Below are positions 29,778 through 40,532 of a stretch of DNA of 64,000 bases, piece by piece. This DNA comes from Candidatus Poribacteria bacterium (GTDB taxonomy: Bacteria; Poribacteria; WGA-4E; PCPOR2b). The stretch lies in contig CBDCUX010000005.1 of NCBI GenBank assembly GCA_965222805.1, positions 144,020 through 208,019 of the forward strand, in the 5' to 3' direction. A program made the position numbers and the translations under genes. The notes under the pieces were generated by a model, which had not been told where the DNA came from, searched no databases, and saw nothing but the letters and a program-made list of their open reading frames with translations. Numbering within the stretch: position 1 is the first letter of the stretch; each line of letters starts with the position of its first letter.

Positions 29778-30794
29778 ATGAGCAAACCTAAAATCTTATA
29801 CCTGCCCACATCAGGGCATACCGAAGATGTTTTCAGTCCAGAAGTTTTGGCGCGATTTCAGGAACAATTTGATGTAACGTTGAATGAAACCGGCGCAAAC
29901 TATACAAGCGATGAAATCGCCGAACTTGTTGCCGGATTTGACGGGGTAGTTACCGGTTGGGGTGTGTCACCGATAACCGAAAAGGTGATGGCTAATGCAG
30001 ATGCGCTCCGAATCATCGCTCATTCAGCGGGTTCTGTGAAACGCCTTGTCGATGAGGTCCTCGATAAATACATCCTACCACGCCAGATTTGTGTGTTCAG
30101 CGCCAACGAAGCAATCGCCTACAATGTCGCGGAATACACGATTGGCGCAATGATTATGACTACCCGTCGATGGGTTGATTTTATCTTGCACACTCGATCG
30201 GGGAAATGGAATCGTAGTGAAGTAGCTTCCATAGCGCCCTCTTTACGCGGAAGTACCGTTGGTATCGTCTCAGCAAGCAAAGTTGGACGACAGGTGATTA
30301 AGCTGCTGCAGTCTTTCGAGGTCAGGAAACTGATCTACGATCCCTACCTCTCAGATTGGGAGGCAGGGGCTCTTGGCGTGGAGAAAGTTTCGCTCAACGA
30401 TCTGTTTGCCACAGCCGATATTGTAACGGTTCACACACCAAGTATCCCCCAAACGAATAAGATGATTGGCGAGGAACAGCTAAAACTGCTTCGGGATGGA
30501 ACCACGCTGGTCAATACTTCGCGGGGCAGTATCATCGATCATGATGCCTTACTGACCGAAGCACGGACCGGTCGTATTTTCATCACACTTGATGTCACAA
30601 CCCCGGAACCGCTGCCGCCGGATAGCCCATTCCTAGGGTTGCCAAACGTTTTTGTCACGCCCCATGTCTCTGGCACAGGCGCTTACGGTTACGGCAAAAT
30701 TGGTGAGATGACACTTGCGGCGCTGGAAGATTTCTTCGCGGATAGACCCGTTGTCGGTGCGGTCGATTTCAATCGATTCGATTTAATAGGTTAA
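29778..30794 (+). CDS. D-isomer specific 2-hydroxyacid dehydrogenase
   Basis: HSAGSVK, VAEY, NTSRG, LDVTTPEP, TPHVSG. Confidence 0.92.
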   Translation: MSKPKILYLPTSGHTEDVFSPEVLARFQEQFDVTLNETGANYTSDEIAELVAGFDGVVTGWGVSPITEKVMANADALRIIAHSAGSVKRLVDEVLDKYILPRQICVFSANEAIAYNVAEYTIGAMIMTTRRWVDFILHTRSGKWNRSEVASIAPSLRGSTVGIVSASKVGRQVIKLLQSFEVRKLIYDPYLSDWEAGALGVEKVSLNDLFATADIVTVHTPSIPQTNKMIGEEQLKLLRDGTTLVNTSRGSIIDHDALLTEARTGRIFITLDVTTPEPLPPDSPFLGLPNVFVTPHVSGTGAYGYGKIGEMTLAALEDFFADRPVVGAVDFNRFDLIG

Positions 30795-30858
30795 TTCTTT
30801 TTCCTATTTAGTCGATAATGTATCGGGAAATCTGCTCACATCTGTGGGGTTAAGAAGA

Positions 30859-30882
30859 AAATTGCACCAAATGGTGCAATTT
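30859..30882. promoter_or_regulatory. Palindromic putative enhancer-binding-protein site
   Basis: AAATTGCACCA-AA-TGGTGCAATTT about 100 bp upstream of a sigma54 promoter; NtrC-like half-sites with spacer 1 bp shorter than canonical. Confidence 0.65.
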
Positions 30883-30975
30883 CAAAAATCCACTCTACCC
30901 CATTTCGTGCATTAAATCAACTAACCGACAACAGAAACCCTCTGTTTTCTGCGAGTTTCCCTACTCGCAGCGCAA

Positions 30976-30991
30976 TGGCATATTAATTGCT
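30976..30991 (+). promoter_or_regulatory. Sigma54 (-24/-12) promoter
   Basis: TGGCATATTAATTGCT, GG-N10-GC, 100 bp before the 31091 start. Confidence 0.75.
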
Positions 30992-31090
30992 ACAAACCGA
31001 CACATTAACGATGTAGACTTTTGCATCGCACATGATGCGAGGGGCTGTTCAATTCTTTAAACACAAATAACAAATTTTTGGAGGAAAAAC

Positions 31091-32569
31091 ATGAGTGCCA
31101 AGAAAACCTCAGGGGCTTTAATGACCTCGTTGATTGTCCACGGAGTCGCCTTCTTTATCGCGGGTATCTATCTCGTTACCCAAACACAGCAGTTCAAAGA
31201 TTTAGTGGGCACGGACATCTTACAGGCAAAAGAACCCCCGAAACCACAAGTTCGTAAACCGGTCATCAAGCCGATAGTCAAGCCAACCGTTCCAACCACA
31301 AACACAGTGGTAGTTGAGCAGGTTCAGGTTCAACCCAGAGTCACGACAGCAACCGTTGTGCGTCCGACCGCCGTGCAGCCACAAACTGTTTTAGACTTTT
31401 CCAATAAGGTGATCAAGCTTCGTGCTCCCCTCAATCCTAACGTTCCGAAAGTAACAAACCCAAATCAGCCCGTGCCACAAGTTGTTACACATGCTGACTT
31501 GCCTGTTTCTGACGCGCCCGGCGCACTCGCATTTAGTGCTCCAGTAGCAACGGCTCCCAGTGCCGCCCCCGCCAACATCGGCCGTGGAATTGGCGGTATC
31601 GTACAGGTGAAAGTCGCTTTTGAGCGTCCGGCTGGTCTTGCTATGGTTGAACATGTCGGTGCAACCCGTGATGCCTTGGGTGATGTTGTTGAAAACATTA
31701 CGCTTGGTAACGTAGAAGTTCCTCCGCTGCCCCGTGGTGAACCCGGTGGGCGTGTCATCGGCCGTGGCGCTGATATTCGCGGCGTCTTCCGCTTCACCCG
31801 TGTCCGTCACAGTCTCTCCGACTGGTGGGCAGATGCCTCCTCGCTTAACGCCTGGACAAAGTGGATGAACGAGCGAACAAAGATTAAAACAGACATGAAC
31901 GTCGAAGGCGGCGCCCTCAAGTTCACTGATGCTAACCTACATAAAGCCCCTCTGCTTTTCATGACGGGCCACGATCCGGCACTTACCCGGTCCCATAACC
32001 TGATGAGTCGTCAATACGGTGGTGGTAAATTGGACAATCGCCTCTCCGAAAGCGAAGCAGCTTCGCTGCGTCGGTATCTTGTCGAAAAGGGCGGTCTCCT
32101 TTCTTTTGACGACTGTGGTGTGAATGCGCCAGCGCAGGCGATGATTCGTCTGTTCTTGGCTCAGATGCGTTTTGTTATGCCTGAATATCAGGTGACGCGA
32201 ATTCCGAATGACCATGAAATGTATAGCAATTTCTATGAGATGGGCGGACCGCCAGTTGGATTCGATCTGTGGTGGTGGGGAACTCACCCGCCGAAGCGGA
32301 ACTATCTCGAAGGAATTGTGGTTGGTGACAAGATTTCCGTCTTAGTATTCCGTCGTGATTATATGTGTGCGATGGAATCCGTGAGTTTGCCAACTCGTAG
32401 TGTCCATTATTCACCAGGCGTTTATCGTTTCATGACCAACGTTGCGGTCTACGCACTGACGCACGGCTCAATTTCTGACTACTCGGGTTATGTACCAGAA
32501 GATACATCCGCGAAGAAGAAACTGCCGACCAGTGCTCCTGAAGCTGCAAAGATTGGCGCTGTTGAATAG
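31091..32569 (+). CDS. DUF4159 domain protein with N-terminal TM anchor and Pro/Val-rich linker
   Basis: SLIVH TM helix (TonB-like SxxxH), Pro-rich linker, PLLFMTGH, LRRYLVEKGGLLSFDDC, NVAVYALTH. Confidence 0.8.
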   Translation: MSAKKTSGALMTSLIVHGVAFFIAGIYLVTQTQQFKDLVGTDILQAKEPPKPQVRKPVIKPIVKPTVPTTNTVVVEQVQVQPRVTTATVVRPTAVQPQTVLDFSNKVIKLRAPLNPNVPKVTNPNQPVPQVVTHADLPVSDAPGALAFSAPVATAPSAAPANIGRGIGGIVQVKVAFERPAGLAMVEHVGATRDALGDVVENITLGNVEVPPLPRGEPGGRVIGRGADIRGVFRFTRVRHSLSDWWADASSLNAWTKWMNERTKIKTDMNVEGGALKFTDANLHKAPLLFMTGHDPALTRSHNLMSRQYGGGKLDNRLSESEAASLRRYLVEKGGLLSFDDCGVNAPAQAMIRLFLAQMRFVMPEYQVTRIPNDHEMYSNFYEMGGPPVGFDLWWWGTHPPKRNYLEGIVVGDKISVLVFRRDYMCAMESVSLPTRSVHYSPGVYRFMTNVAVYALTHGSISDYSGYVPEDTSAKKKLPTSAPEAAKIGAVE

Positions 32570-32609
32570 AGCCTACTGATTTGGACAGATCCTCATATTA
32601 TGTCGCATC

Positions 32610-32646
32610 AAGCAGCCAAGCCATTCGCTTGGCTGCTTTTTTTTTG
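32610..32646 (+). terminator. Rho-independent terminator
   Basis: AAGCAGCCAAG-CCATTCG-CTTGGCTGCTT followed by a T run. Confidence 0.9.
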
Positions 32647-32823
32647 TATTATAGTTTAGCCCCCAAGCTCGTGAGCGGGCTGAGATTTCTCATCTCAGTC
32701 CATTTTTTTGCGAACAAAACCTGAATTTATCGTCCTAAATATAGTGGCAGAAAATCCACAACAGTAAAATCAGCAGGACACGAGTCCCCAATACAAAATC
32801 CAATTTCTAAGACGAGGTGAATA

Positions 32824-33261
32824 ATGATAAAGCGAATCGGTCTCAAAAACATGTGTGTTGGGCTTATTCTCATCTGTATGCTGGGAATAGGTATATCATT
32901 GATAGCGCAAGAGGAAAGTGAGTCTAAATACACCCTCCTAGTTTTCGGTAAATTGTACCTGACCCCCACCGGAGACGCGGAGGTTGCCGAAAAACTTCTA
33001 AAAGAGAAATTGTTGGCAGCGGCAAAAGGGATTGAAGGGTTGAAGATTACTGCACTCAAGCGGATGCAATTCGCGGGGGGACCTGCGAACACCAATCAAC
33101 CCGATTTCGTCATGATGGCGGAGCTGACAGATGTGGAGGTCTTCACCAAACTCATGACAGCAACGCCTGCCGCCTTGAAGGAATATGGCGAAGGAATGAA
33201 GGTGCAAGCCGGCGCCCCTCAATTCGAATTGTATCAAATCGTGGGGACATCAACAGAATAA
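32824..33261 (+). CDS. Secreted hypothetical protein (possible dimeric alpha/beta barrel)
   Basis: Signal peptide, GAGGTG SD, 145 aa. Confidence 0.7.
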   Translation: MIKRIGLKNMCVGLILICMLGIGISLIAQEESESKYTLLVFGKLYLTPTGDAEVAEKLLKEKLLAAAKGIEGLKITALKRMQFAGGPANTNQPDFVMMAELTDVEVFTKLMTATPAALKEYGEGMKVQAGAPQFELYQIVGTSTE

Positions 33262-33346
33262 ATCTAATTTGAAATCCGATATGATATTCCATACGAGAGT
33301 TTGCCATACCCCAATTTGGCGTGTAATAGACATCAGGAGGACATTG

Positions 33347-36300
33347 ATGAAACAGATCTTTCAACATATCTATCAAGTCATTATAATCACTTTTGTGTTC
33401 GCTATGTTACTCATCGGTTGTAGGCAAGATGTTACTCGCAAAGCCGATTGGGAAACCCATTTCACAGACATCCACTTCGTCAACTCTACGTACGGCTGGA
33501 TTGTTGGGGAGAAAGGGTTCATCGTTCACACAAACGATGGTGGCAAAACATGGAACCGTCAAGAAGTCGCGACAGAGCAAGATCTCAAAGCTGTCTACTT
33601 TACGAACCTAAAATACGGCTGGGTTGTGGGAGACAACGGTGTCATCGCTGCGACCGATGATGGCGGCAGACACTGGTATCTCCAGGACAGCAACACATCC
33701 GGCATGCTCAGAGGTGTTGTCTTCGCTGATTCCGACGAGGGCTGGGTTGTGGGAGAAGATAACTATGTAATCGCTACAAAAAACGGTGGAAAGACGTGGG
33801 AACGCCAGAGTTATCTGAGCGACTTTTCCCTCAACGCTATCTGGTTTATTGATGATCAGCATGGCTGGATCGTTGGTGAATATGAACGTATCCTTCACAC
33901 GGACGACGGCGGACAAACATGGCAAGAACAGACTACCCGACACCAATTGGCACGAACCCGATTGGTTAACGACAACCGGCGCGTCATTTTCGTGAATGAG
34001 AATGAAGGATGGCTGGCGGGCACGGACGGTTCTATTTTCCGTACACAGAACGGCGGTGCCCAATGGAATATGCAAGATAGCCGTATTCCGAATATCAACG
34101 GTCACGTCAAGGAAACCGTCAACGGCATCCATTTCGCAGACAGCAAGCGTGGTTTGGCGGTCGCTGATATCGGGTTTATCACGTTCACCGAAGATGGCGG
34201 CGATAACTGGCGTCTACTGGATAGCGTTACAGAAAACAACCTGATGGCTGTTCAGTTCACGAGTCAGACCGAAGCGTGGGCGGTCGGCTGGCACGGCACA
34301 ATTGTGCACTCGACAGATGGCGGAAACACATGGACAATGAAGAGCGGCACCACGGCAAACGATCTAGAAAACATCCAGTTCACCTCGGAGAACCGTGCCA
34401 TCGCTGTCGGACAACGCGGTGCCATCGTGGTATCCGAAGACGGTGGGGAGACGTGGGAGGAGGTTGACACTGATATCTGGGATAATATCCGCAACGTTTT
34501 CTTTATTTCTGACAAAGAGGGTTGGTTGATTGGCGAGCGGAACATGATCGCCCACACCACCGATGGTGGACGGACATGGGATCGGCAATACGCCGGCGCA
34601 CAGCACATGCTCAACGGTATTTTCTTTGTGACGCCGAAGAAGGGCTGGGCGGTCGGTGAGCTCGGCACAGTCGTGCATACCGCTGATGGTGGCAAATCGT
34701 GGGTGCCTCAGACGCCAACCGAATTTAACTCGCTCAAAGGTGCCTTCTTCCTGAACGAGAAAGAGGGATGGGTGGTCGGTTGGCCAGGGGTCGTCTACCA
34801 CACGACTAACGGTGGGCTCTCATGGAAATCACAGACATCCGGAACTTTCAACGAACTGTATGCGGTCCACTTTACAGACACCAACAACGGTTGGATCGCC
34901 GGTCAATTTGGTGAGATTCTGCGTACAAAGGATGGCGGTCAAACATGGAGATTCCAGCGGAGCGGTGTCGAGGAGAACCTGAACAAGATCTACCTCGCCG
35001 ATACTTCGCACGGTATTATCGTCGGCGACAAGGGCGTGATTCTGACCACAACCAATGGTGGCGCAAAATGGGAAAAACAGGAGAGTGGTACCGAGAACGA
35101 TCTCTTGGGATTCTCGCTCTCACTGGAAGGGATGGTCGTAGTAGGGCGCGGCGGGATAGCGATGCGATACTCGATTGACACAGAGCAACTCCCTGTAACC
35201 TTGCCGCCTATCGCAGAGATTGTTGAGGAGCCGGAACCTACTGAAGAAGAGGTAACAGTCGAGGAGGTAACCTACCATTGGGATATTATCCGCCACGCCA
35301 CATGGCAGACTGATTTTTCGGATACCTATTTCCTTGATGAGCACACCGGTTGGACGGTCGGGAGAGGTGGCGTCATCGCACACACAACCGATGGCGGAAA
35401 AACATGGCTACCGCAACATAGCAGTGTTGAAGCAGACCTGTATCAGGTCATGTTTGTCGATAAATCGCATGGATGGATTACAGGCAGTCGTATGATGCTC
35501 CGCACCGAAGATGGCGGGAACACATGGCAGGTAGTGAAGGGTGTTCTACAAAACTTCCGGCGTGTCAACACAATGCAGTTTATTAATCCCAAAGAAGGCT
35601 GGCTAGGCGTCGGTGCCGCAGAGATGCTCCATACCACCGATGGCGGGCTGACGTGGGAACGACAGCGGACCGGAATGAACGAGAACCCGATTGTTGATCT
35701 CCATTTCATCAATGAACTCGAAGGATGGGCGGTCCTGAGGGAACGCCTCGACGGTGGAGCGAGGGAAGGCGGAGTCATTTTGCATACCACTGATGGAGGG
35801 GACTACTGGCAGGTACTTGACAACACCAACCAACCCGCCATCGCTATCCATTTCATGGACTCAAAGTCAGGGTGGGTCGTGCTGACTAACGGCGCATCAA
35901 TCGCAACCCATGACGGAGGTGTAACGTGGAAGCGCGTCCTGTCCGATTCAGATAGCGGATGGCCTCCCCAACGAATCGGTCGGATAACCTTCAAAAATCA
36001 TCAAACAGCGTGGGCACTTGGAAGGGATGGTAGGCTTTTCATCACACACAACGCCGGTCAAACGTGGGAGGGTGCGAACGTTCCACAGCATGAAAGTTCG
36101 GTCAACTCTGATGCTGCAGCCGAAGAGGATATCGATTGGCTTGCGCTCTGGGTCGGTGAGGAAGGAGAATCAGACAATGGTGCCGACGATCAATCCAGTG
36201 ACACAGACACTCCGGAATGGGATGAGGATTTCGCAGAACAGTTCCAAACAGACATGAGCGATAGACGTCAACGCACCGGACGCTTCACGCCAGAAGGCGA

Positions 36301-37414
36301 TCTTGGTGGGGAAAATGTGCAATCCTCCAACGAAGCGCAAACACAACAGCGGGCTGCCCAACAAGAGCGACCACGACCAAGACGCGCTAGAAGACGTGGG
36401 AACCGTTTAATTAGCAACATCCATTTCGTCAACGACCAGATCGCGTGGGCGGTCGGCGAGGCCGGACATATCTTCCACACCACAGACGCCGGAGAGACAT
36501 GGGAACGGCAACTCGGTGAGCAGCTGGATGATTTCCGAGATGTACTGTTTCTCAACGACCAGCAGGGATGGATCGCTGGGGATAATGGTCTGTTGCTAGA
36601 GACTCAGGATGGTGGAACCACATGGACTACCTTGAAAAGCAGATCGCGGCAGCGATTGATTGGTGTCCACTTCCCCAGCCTCGACCCAAAATGGGGGTGG
36701 GCGATGCAGCGCAATGGCACAGTTCTCTACACGACCGACGGTGCAAACTGGTCGGCTGGACAAACACCAATGCGCCCCGGCTTCCTCGAAGATGATCCAC
36801 CGCGATCCGTCGCAATCAACGACGTCGAGTTTAAACAATTCTCCGAAGGGTGGGCAGCTGGCGCAGAAGGGCAGATAATCCACAATCAGGATGGCGGCCC
36901 CATCTGGACACCGCAACGGACATCAACCGGAACAGACCTTGTCGGCATCGATATGAATTACGCACCGCTTGGATGGGCGGTGGGACACGACGGTATCGTT
37001 CAACGGACCATCAACGGCGGCGGTTACTGGAAATTTCATGAAACAGCTACAGGCTACGACCTGTTTGATGTCTCATTCATCACCAAGCGTAAGGGTTGGG
37101 CGGTCGGACGCTACGGCATAATTCTCCGAACCACCGGCGGCGGTTTTAAGTGGGAACCCTTGTCTAGCGGGATCACAATAGATCTCTACAGCGTTATCGC
37201 CCTATCGGAGAATGAAATCTATGCTGTCGGCAGCAAAGGTACAATTCTCTACTCAGCCGATGGTGGCGACACATGGGAGCAAGAACATACCGATATCGGA
37301 AACGATCTGTACCGGATTGGCCGTGCAAAGGAAGGGGATACGCTCTGGGTTGTTGGGCAGTGGGGTGTTGTCCTACGCCGGAAGATCGGCGACACAAAAG
37401 TGTCAATGCGTTAG
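33347..37414 (+). CDS. Large YCF48/BNR-repeat multi-beta-propeller lipoprotein
   Basis: Lipobox LLIGC; about 25-30 repeats GWxVGxxGxIxHTxDGGxTW; two acidic linkers; start MKQIFQ after AGGAGG. Confidence 0.9.
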   Translation: MKQIFQHIYQVIIITFVFAMLLIGCRQDVTRKADWETHFTDIHFVNSTYGWIVGEKGFIVHTNDGGKTWNRQEVATEQDLKAVYFTNLKYGWVVGDNGVIAATDDGGRHWYLQDSNTSGMLRGVVFADSDEGWVVGEDNYVIATKNGGKTWERQSYLSDFSLNAIWFIDDQHGWIVGEYERILHTDDGGQTWQEQTTRHQLARTRLVNDNRRVIFVNENEGWLAGTDGSIFRTQNGGAQWNMQDSRIPNINGHVKETVNGIHFADSKRGLAVADIGFITFTEDGGDNWRLLDSVTENNLMAVQFTSQTEAWAVGWHGTIVHSTDGGNTWTMKSGTTANDLENIQFTSENRAIAVGQRGAIVVSEDGGETWEEVDTDIWDNIRNVFFISDKEGWLIGERNMIAHTTDGGRTWDRQYAGAQHMLNGIFFVTPKKGWAVGELGTVVHTADGGKSWVPQTPTEFNSLKGAFFLNEKEGWVVGWPGVVYHTTNGGLSWKSQTSGTFNELYAVHFTDTNNGWIAGQFGEILRTKDGGQTWRFQRSGVEENLNKIYLADTSHGIIVGDKGVILTTTNGGAKWEKQESGTENDLLGFSLSLEGMVVVGRGGIAMRYSIDTEQLPVTLPPIAEIVEEPEPTEEEVTVEEVTYHWDIIRHATWQTDFSDTYFLDEHTGWTVGRGGVIAHTTDGGKTWLPQHSSVEADLYQVMFVDKSHGWITGSRMMLRTEDGGNTWQVVKGVLQNFRRVNTMQFINPKEGWLGVGAAEMLHTTDGGLTWERQRTGMNENPIVDLHFINELEGWAVLRERLDGGAREGGVILHTTDGGDYWQVLDNTNQPAIAIHFMDSKSGWVVLTNGASIATHDGGVTWKRVLSDSDSGWPPQRIGRITFKNHQTAWALGRDGRLFITHNAGQTWEGANVPQHESSVNSDAAAEEDIDWLALWVGEEGESDNGADDQSSDTDTPEWDEDFAEQFQTDMSDRRQRTGRFTPEGDLGGENVQSSNEAQTQQRAAQQERPRPRRARRRGNRLISNIHFVNDQIAWAVGEAGHIFHTTDAGETWERQLGEQLDDFRDVLFLNDQQGWIAGDNGLLLETQDGGTTWTTLKSRSRQRLIGVHFPSLDPKWGWAMQRNGTVLYTTDGANWSAGQTPMRPGFLEDDPPRSVAINDVEFKQFSEGWAAGAEGQIIHNQDGGPIWTPQRTSTGTDLVGIDMNYAPLGWAVGHDGIVQRTINGGGYWKFHETATGYDLFDVSFITKRKGWAVGRYGIILRTTGGGFKWEPLSSGITIDLYSVIALSENEIYAVGSKGTILYSADGGDTWEQEHTDIGNDLYRIGRAKEGDTLWVVGQWGVVLRRKIGDTKVSMR

Positions 37415-37523
37415 TTCGATGCAATATCGGCACAGCTATAGCAACAGATTGAGATTTTTTCGCCTTAGCCTATTTTTTTCGAACTAAAGCGTAGTCTATC
37501 TGCCTAATAAATCGAATTCAAAT

Positions 37524-38882
37524 ATGCTCAAACAACTATCTAAAGGACACAAAATGCTCAGATGGAAAATAAGGCTGGCTTGTCTCTGTATATCCAGCCT
37601 TATCCCGTTCGCGGGATTGGCTCAAAACCAAGACGAAATCGATTTATCGCAACCACTTGCCCTACAGCAGTGCATTCAAATCGCTGTCGAAAACTCGACC
37701 GATATGCGAAATGCACGTATTGATTTGGCAGTTCAAGAGCTGCGCGTCAAAAACGCACGCGCCTCTTATTATCCAGATCTCTTCCTCAATGGTCGGTACG
37801 ATTTCTCAGATCAGGTCGATTTTGGGTTTGAACGCGAGAACTACGATGCGGGTGTTACAGGACAGTATACCGTGTGGGATAACGGACAACGAGAAGCCAA
37901 TTTTGCTCAAGCAAAAGAAAGTCGTTCCACCACAGCCTCCCGTAACGAACAGATTAAACAGAACTTGATTTTTCAAGTCACGCAGGCGTATTATGATGTC
38001 TTGCAGACCCAAGAACTGGTCAAAGTTAGCGAAGAACTATTAGCCCGATCCTACGAGAACACAGAGCGAGTAAGAGCTTTCGTAGAAGCGGGTATTCAGA
38101 TTGAAGCCGATATCGCCACAGCTCAAGTGAGAGAGGCAAACGATGAGCTGAGCCTATTGAACAATCGGAACGGCCTCGAAATCGCAATGGCGACGCTCCC
38201 CCGCTTGATGGGATTAAATCCGGGGACGTTGATTATGGTCGCTGACGATATCGACTACCAGCGATACCGTGAAACAGGGCAAATTGAGACCGATGCGATG
38301 ACAATCGAGGAAGCGATTCAACAGGCATTTGAAAGTCGCCCCGAATTTCAGGAGATTCAAGCCCGAGTCAAACAACAGGAGTGGGATCTGACACTCGCAA
38401 AACTTGACCGTTTGCCGCGTCTAAATGCCAAGTTCGATTATAGCGTTAACCTCGATGACTACCTACGGGAACGCGAGAGTTTCGACCAATTCCGTCAGTG
38501 GAATGCCGCCACAACGCTGAACTTTACTATCTTCGATGGAGGCACAGCCGGTAGGCGCGTCACAGGGATCGAGTTACAACTTGAACAGACCCGTGAGGAT
38601 GCCAGTGATCTTGAGCGGTCAATCGCTCTGGAAGTCCGTCAAGCCTACCTCAACTTGAAACGAGCGAACCGGGCGGTGGAAATCTCAAACACCCAAGTCC
38701 GAAATGCCCAGTTGAGCCTTGAAGTTATCCAAGGACGATTTGAGCAAGAATTAGCGATTCTGTTAGAACTTCTCAATGCCCAAACTGAGTTTGCACAAGC
38801 CTTGACAAACCAAGTTCGAGCGTTCTACGACTACAAGATTGTCCAGAACGCTCTGTTACGTGCTATGGGAGTACTTCAGTAA
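37524..38882 (+). CDS. TolC family outer-membrane protein
   Basis: Signal peptide; two OEP repeats (VTQAYYDVL, VRQAYLNL, LELLNAQ). Confidence 0.92.
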   Translation: MLKQLSKGHKMLRWKIRLACLCISSLIPFAGLAQNQDEIDLSQPLALQQCIQIAVENSTDMRNARIDLAVQELRVKNARASYYPDLFLNGRYDFSDQVDFGFERENYDAGVTGQYTVWDNGQREANFAQAKESRSTTASRNEQIKQNLIFQVTQAYYDVLQTQELVKVSEELLARSYENTERVRAFVEAGIQIEADIATAQVREANDELSLLNNRNGLEIAMATLPRLMGLNPGTLIMVADDIDYQRYRETGQIETDAMTIEEAIQQAFESRPEFQEIQARVKQQEWDLTLAKLDRLPRLNAKFDYSVNLDDYLRERESFDQFRQWNAATTLNFTIFDGGTAGRRVTGIELQLEQTREDASDLERSIALEVRQAYLNLKRANRAVEISNTQVRNAQLSLEVIQGRFEQELAILLELLNAQTEFAQALTNQVRAFYDYKIVQNALLRAMGVLQ

Positions 38883-38914
38883 CAAAGACAGATCCTAGGA
38901 AAATTCGTTAGGAA

Positions 38915-39577
38915 ATGACGATGGACATAATCCGAGAAATTTTTGCGCCATACTCCCTTGCAATCCTAGGAACTATTGTTCTCAACCTAATACTCGCATT
39001 TGCCCTGGGACTGGTCATTGCCACTGTTTACCGGTGGACCGCGGATAGAGCAGAAAACGCAATGACTGACGCGCTAATCATTCTCTGTATGCTCATTGCC
39101 GTTGTCATGGTGGTGATTGGCGATAGTGTGGCGCGTGCCTTCAGCCTCGTAGGTGCCCTGTCAATTATCCGTTTTCGCACTGTGGTTCAGGATGCGCGAG
39201 ACATCGCCTTTGTCTTTTTCTCCTTAGCCGTCGGGATGGCAATCGGTGCCGGCAATCCACCGGTGGCTGTCATTGGAACATTCCTGATAAGCGTTGTCAT
39301 TATTGGACTCCACCGCTGGCATACGGCAGCATCAAATGATGGAGAATTTCTCCTGACTTTCCAAGAGCCGCTTGAGGCAAAGCACCAACAGAGTTACGAA
39401 TCAATTTTCAGTGAGCAGTTGGCAGCAAACCAACTCATCGGTCAGAGAACGACAAAATCGGGGACCGCCGAGCTGAAATTTCATGTAAAATTGAAAGACC
39501 CGAAACACTGGACCGGTTTTGCCCAAGCACTTTCTACACTAGAAAACATCACCAGTGTAAAATTGGAAAAGCAGTAG
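38915..39577 (+). CDS. DUF4956 membrane protein
   Basis: ARAFSLVGALSIIRFRT, IAFVFFSLAVGMAIG, C-terminal ACT-like domain. Confidence 0.88.
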   Translation: MTMDIIREIFAPYSLAILGTIVLNLILAFALGLVIATVYRWTADRAENAMTDALIILCMLIAVVMVVIGDSVARAFSLVGALSIIRFRTVVQDARDIAFVFFSLAVGMAIGAGNPPVAVIGTFLISVVIIGLHRWHTAASNDGEFLLTFQEPLEAKHQQSYESIFSEQLAANQLIGQRTTKSGTAELKFHVKLKDPKHWTGFAQALSTLENITSVKLEKQ

Positions 39578-39612
39578 ACCGTTTGACGAAAGTTGATAAA
39601 GGCACATCAGAG

Positions 39613-40497
39613 ATGAGAAAGCAGATCTTTATACTAATTCTGGTTTTCCTCGTCAGTGTGCTGCTGATATTCCTTCTGCGCCAAACTCAGCGATTTGCAC
39701 ATAAACAGAACTCATTAACCGGATTAGCTCCGATTCAATTGCCACACAAGTCGATCGGTAATATTGCTCCAATCCTGATGCGCGAGCTATCCGGCACAAC
39801 CTATCACCCACAACGTCAAACCGTCTTTGCTGTTGGCGATGAGGGGGATATCTATGAAATACGGACCGATGGAGGATTAATACGAAAAGGACTGTTGGAA
39901 CAGACGGACATCGAAGGAATTACCGTCCATCCGGAGACAGGGCTCCTATACGCCGTAGTCGAAGGTGATGAAGTCATCCTTGAGATAGCTCCTCAAACCT
40001 TCCGTATCACTCGGGAGTTCAGAGTCAACCGAAATTTTGAGGGGCGCGAACTACTGAAAAAGGGAGGTATGGGATTGGAAGCAATTGCCTTTATTCCGAA
40101 CGCTTTCCATCCCGAAGGTGGGACATTCTGGGTCGGAAATCAATCTTTCAGCCTAAAGCAGGGGAAAGAACCATCAGTTATCTGTGAAGTCATTGTTCCA
40201 CTCGTTTCATCGAAGGCTTCCCCGGATACCGATAAAATTGAAGGACAGATTTCTCGCTTTTTTTCACTTTCAATTATTGACATTTCCGGGCTTGCCTTCG
40301 ACCAAGAGCGTCAGTGTCTGCTCGTAATGAGCGATACGACGAACCTACTGCAGGAGATAACGCTGGATGGGAACGTTCGCCGCCAGTACCTGATACCGGG
40401 ACATGACCAAGAAGGTATTGTGATTGACCAGATGGGGTTCATGTACATTGTCCAAGAGAATGGGGAAATCATTAAACTCGAAGACCATCGGAACTGA
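39613..40497 (+). CDS. SdiA-regulated (YjiK-like) beta-propeller, membrane anchored
   Basis: ELSG, DIEGI, GLEAI, DISGL, QEGI repeats; N-terminal TM. Confidence 0.8.
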   Translation: MRKQIFILILVFLVSVLLIFLLRQTQRFAHKQNSLTGLAPIQLPHKSIGNIAPILMRELSGTTYHPQRQTVFAVGDEGDIYEIRTDGGLIRKGLLEQTDIEGITVHPETGLLYAVVEGDEVILEIAPQTFRITREFRVNRNFEGRELLKKGGMGLEAIAFIPNAFHPEGGTFWVGNQSFSLKQGKEPSVICEVIVPLVSSKASPDTDKIEGQISRFFSLSIIDISGLAFDQERQCLLVMSDTTNLLQEITLDGNVRRQYLIPGHDQEGIVIDQMGFMYIVQENGEIIKLEDHRN

Positions 40498-40532
40498 GAT
40501 ACCAAAACAAACCTCCCAACGAGGATATTACC

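Noticed and set aside
33347-37414. YCF48 similarity as evidence of photosystem II
   Set aside because: These BNR-type propellers are widespread in non-phototrophs; no photosynthesis genes here.
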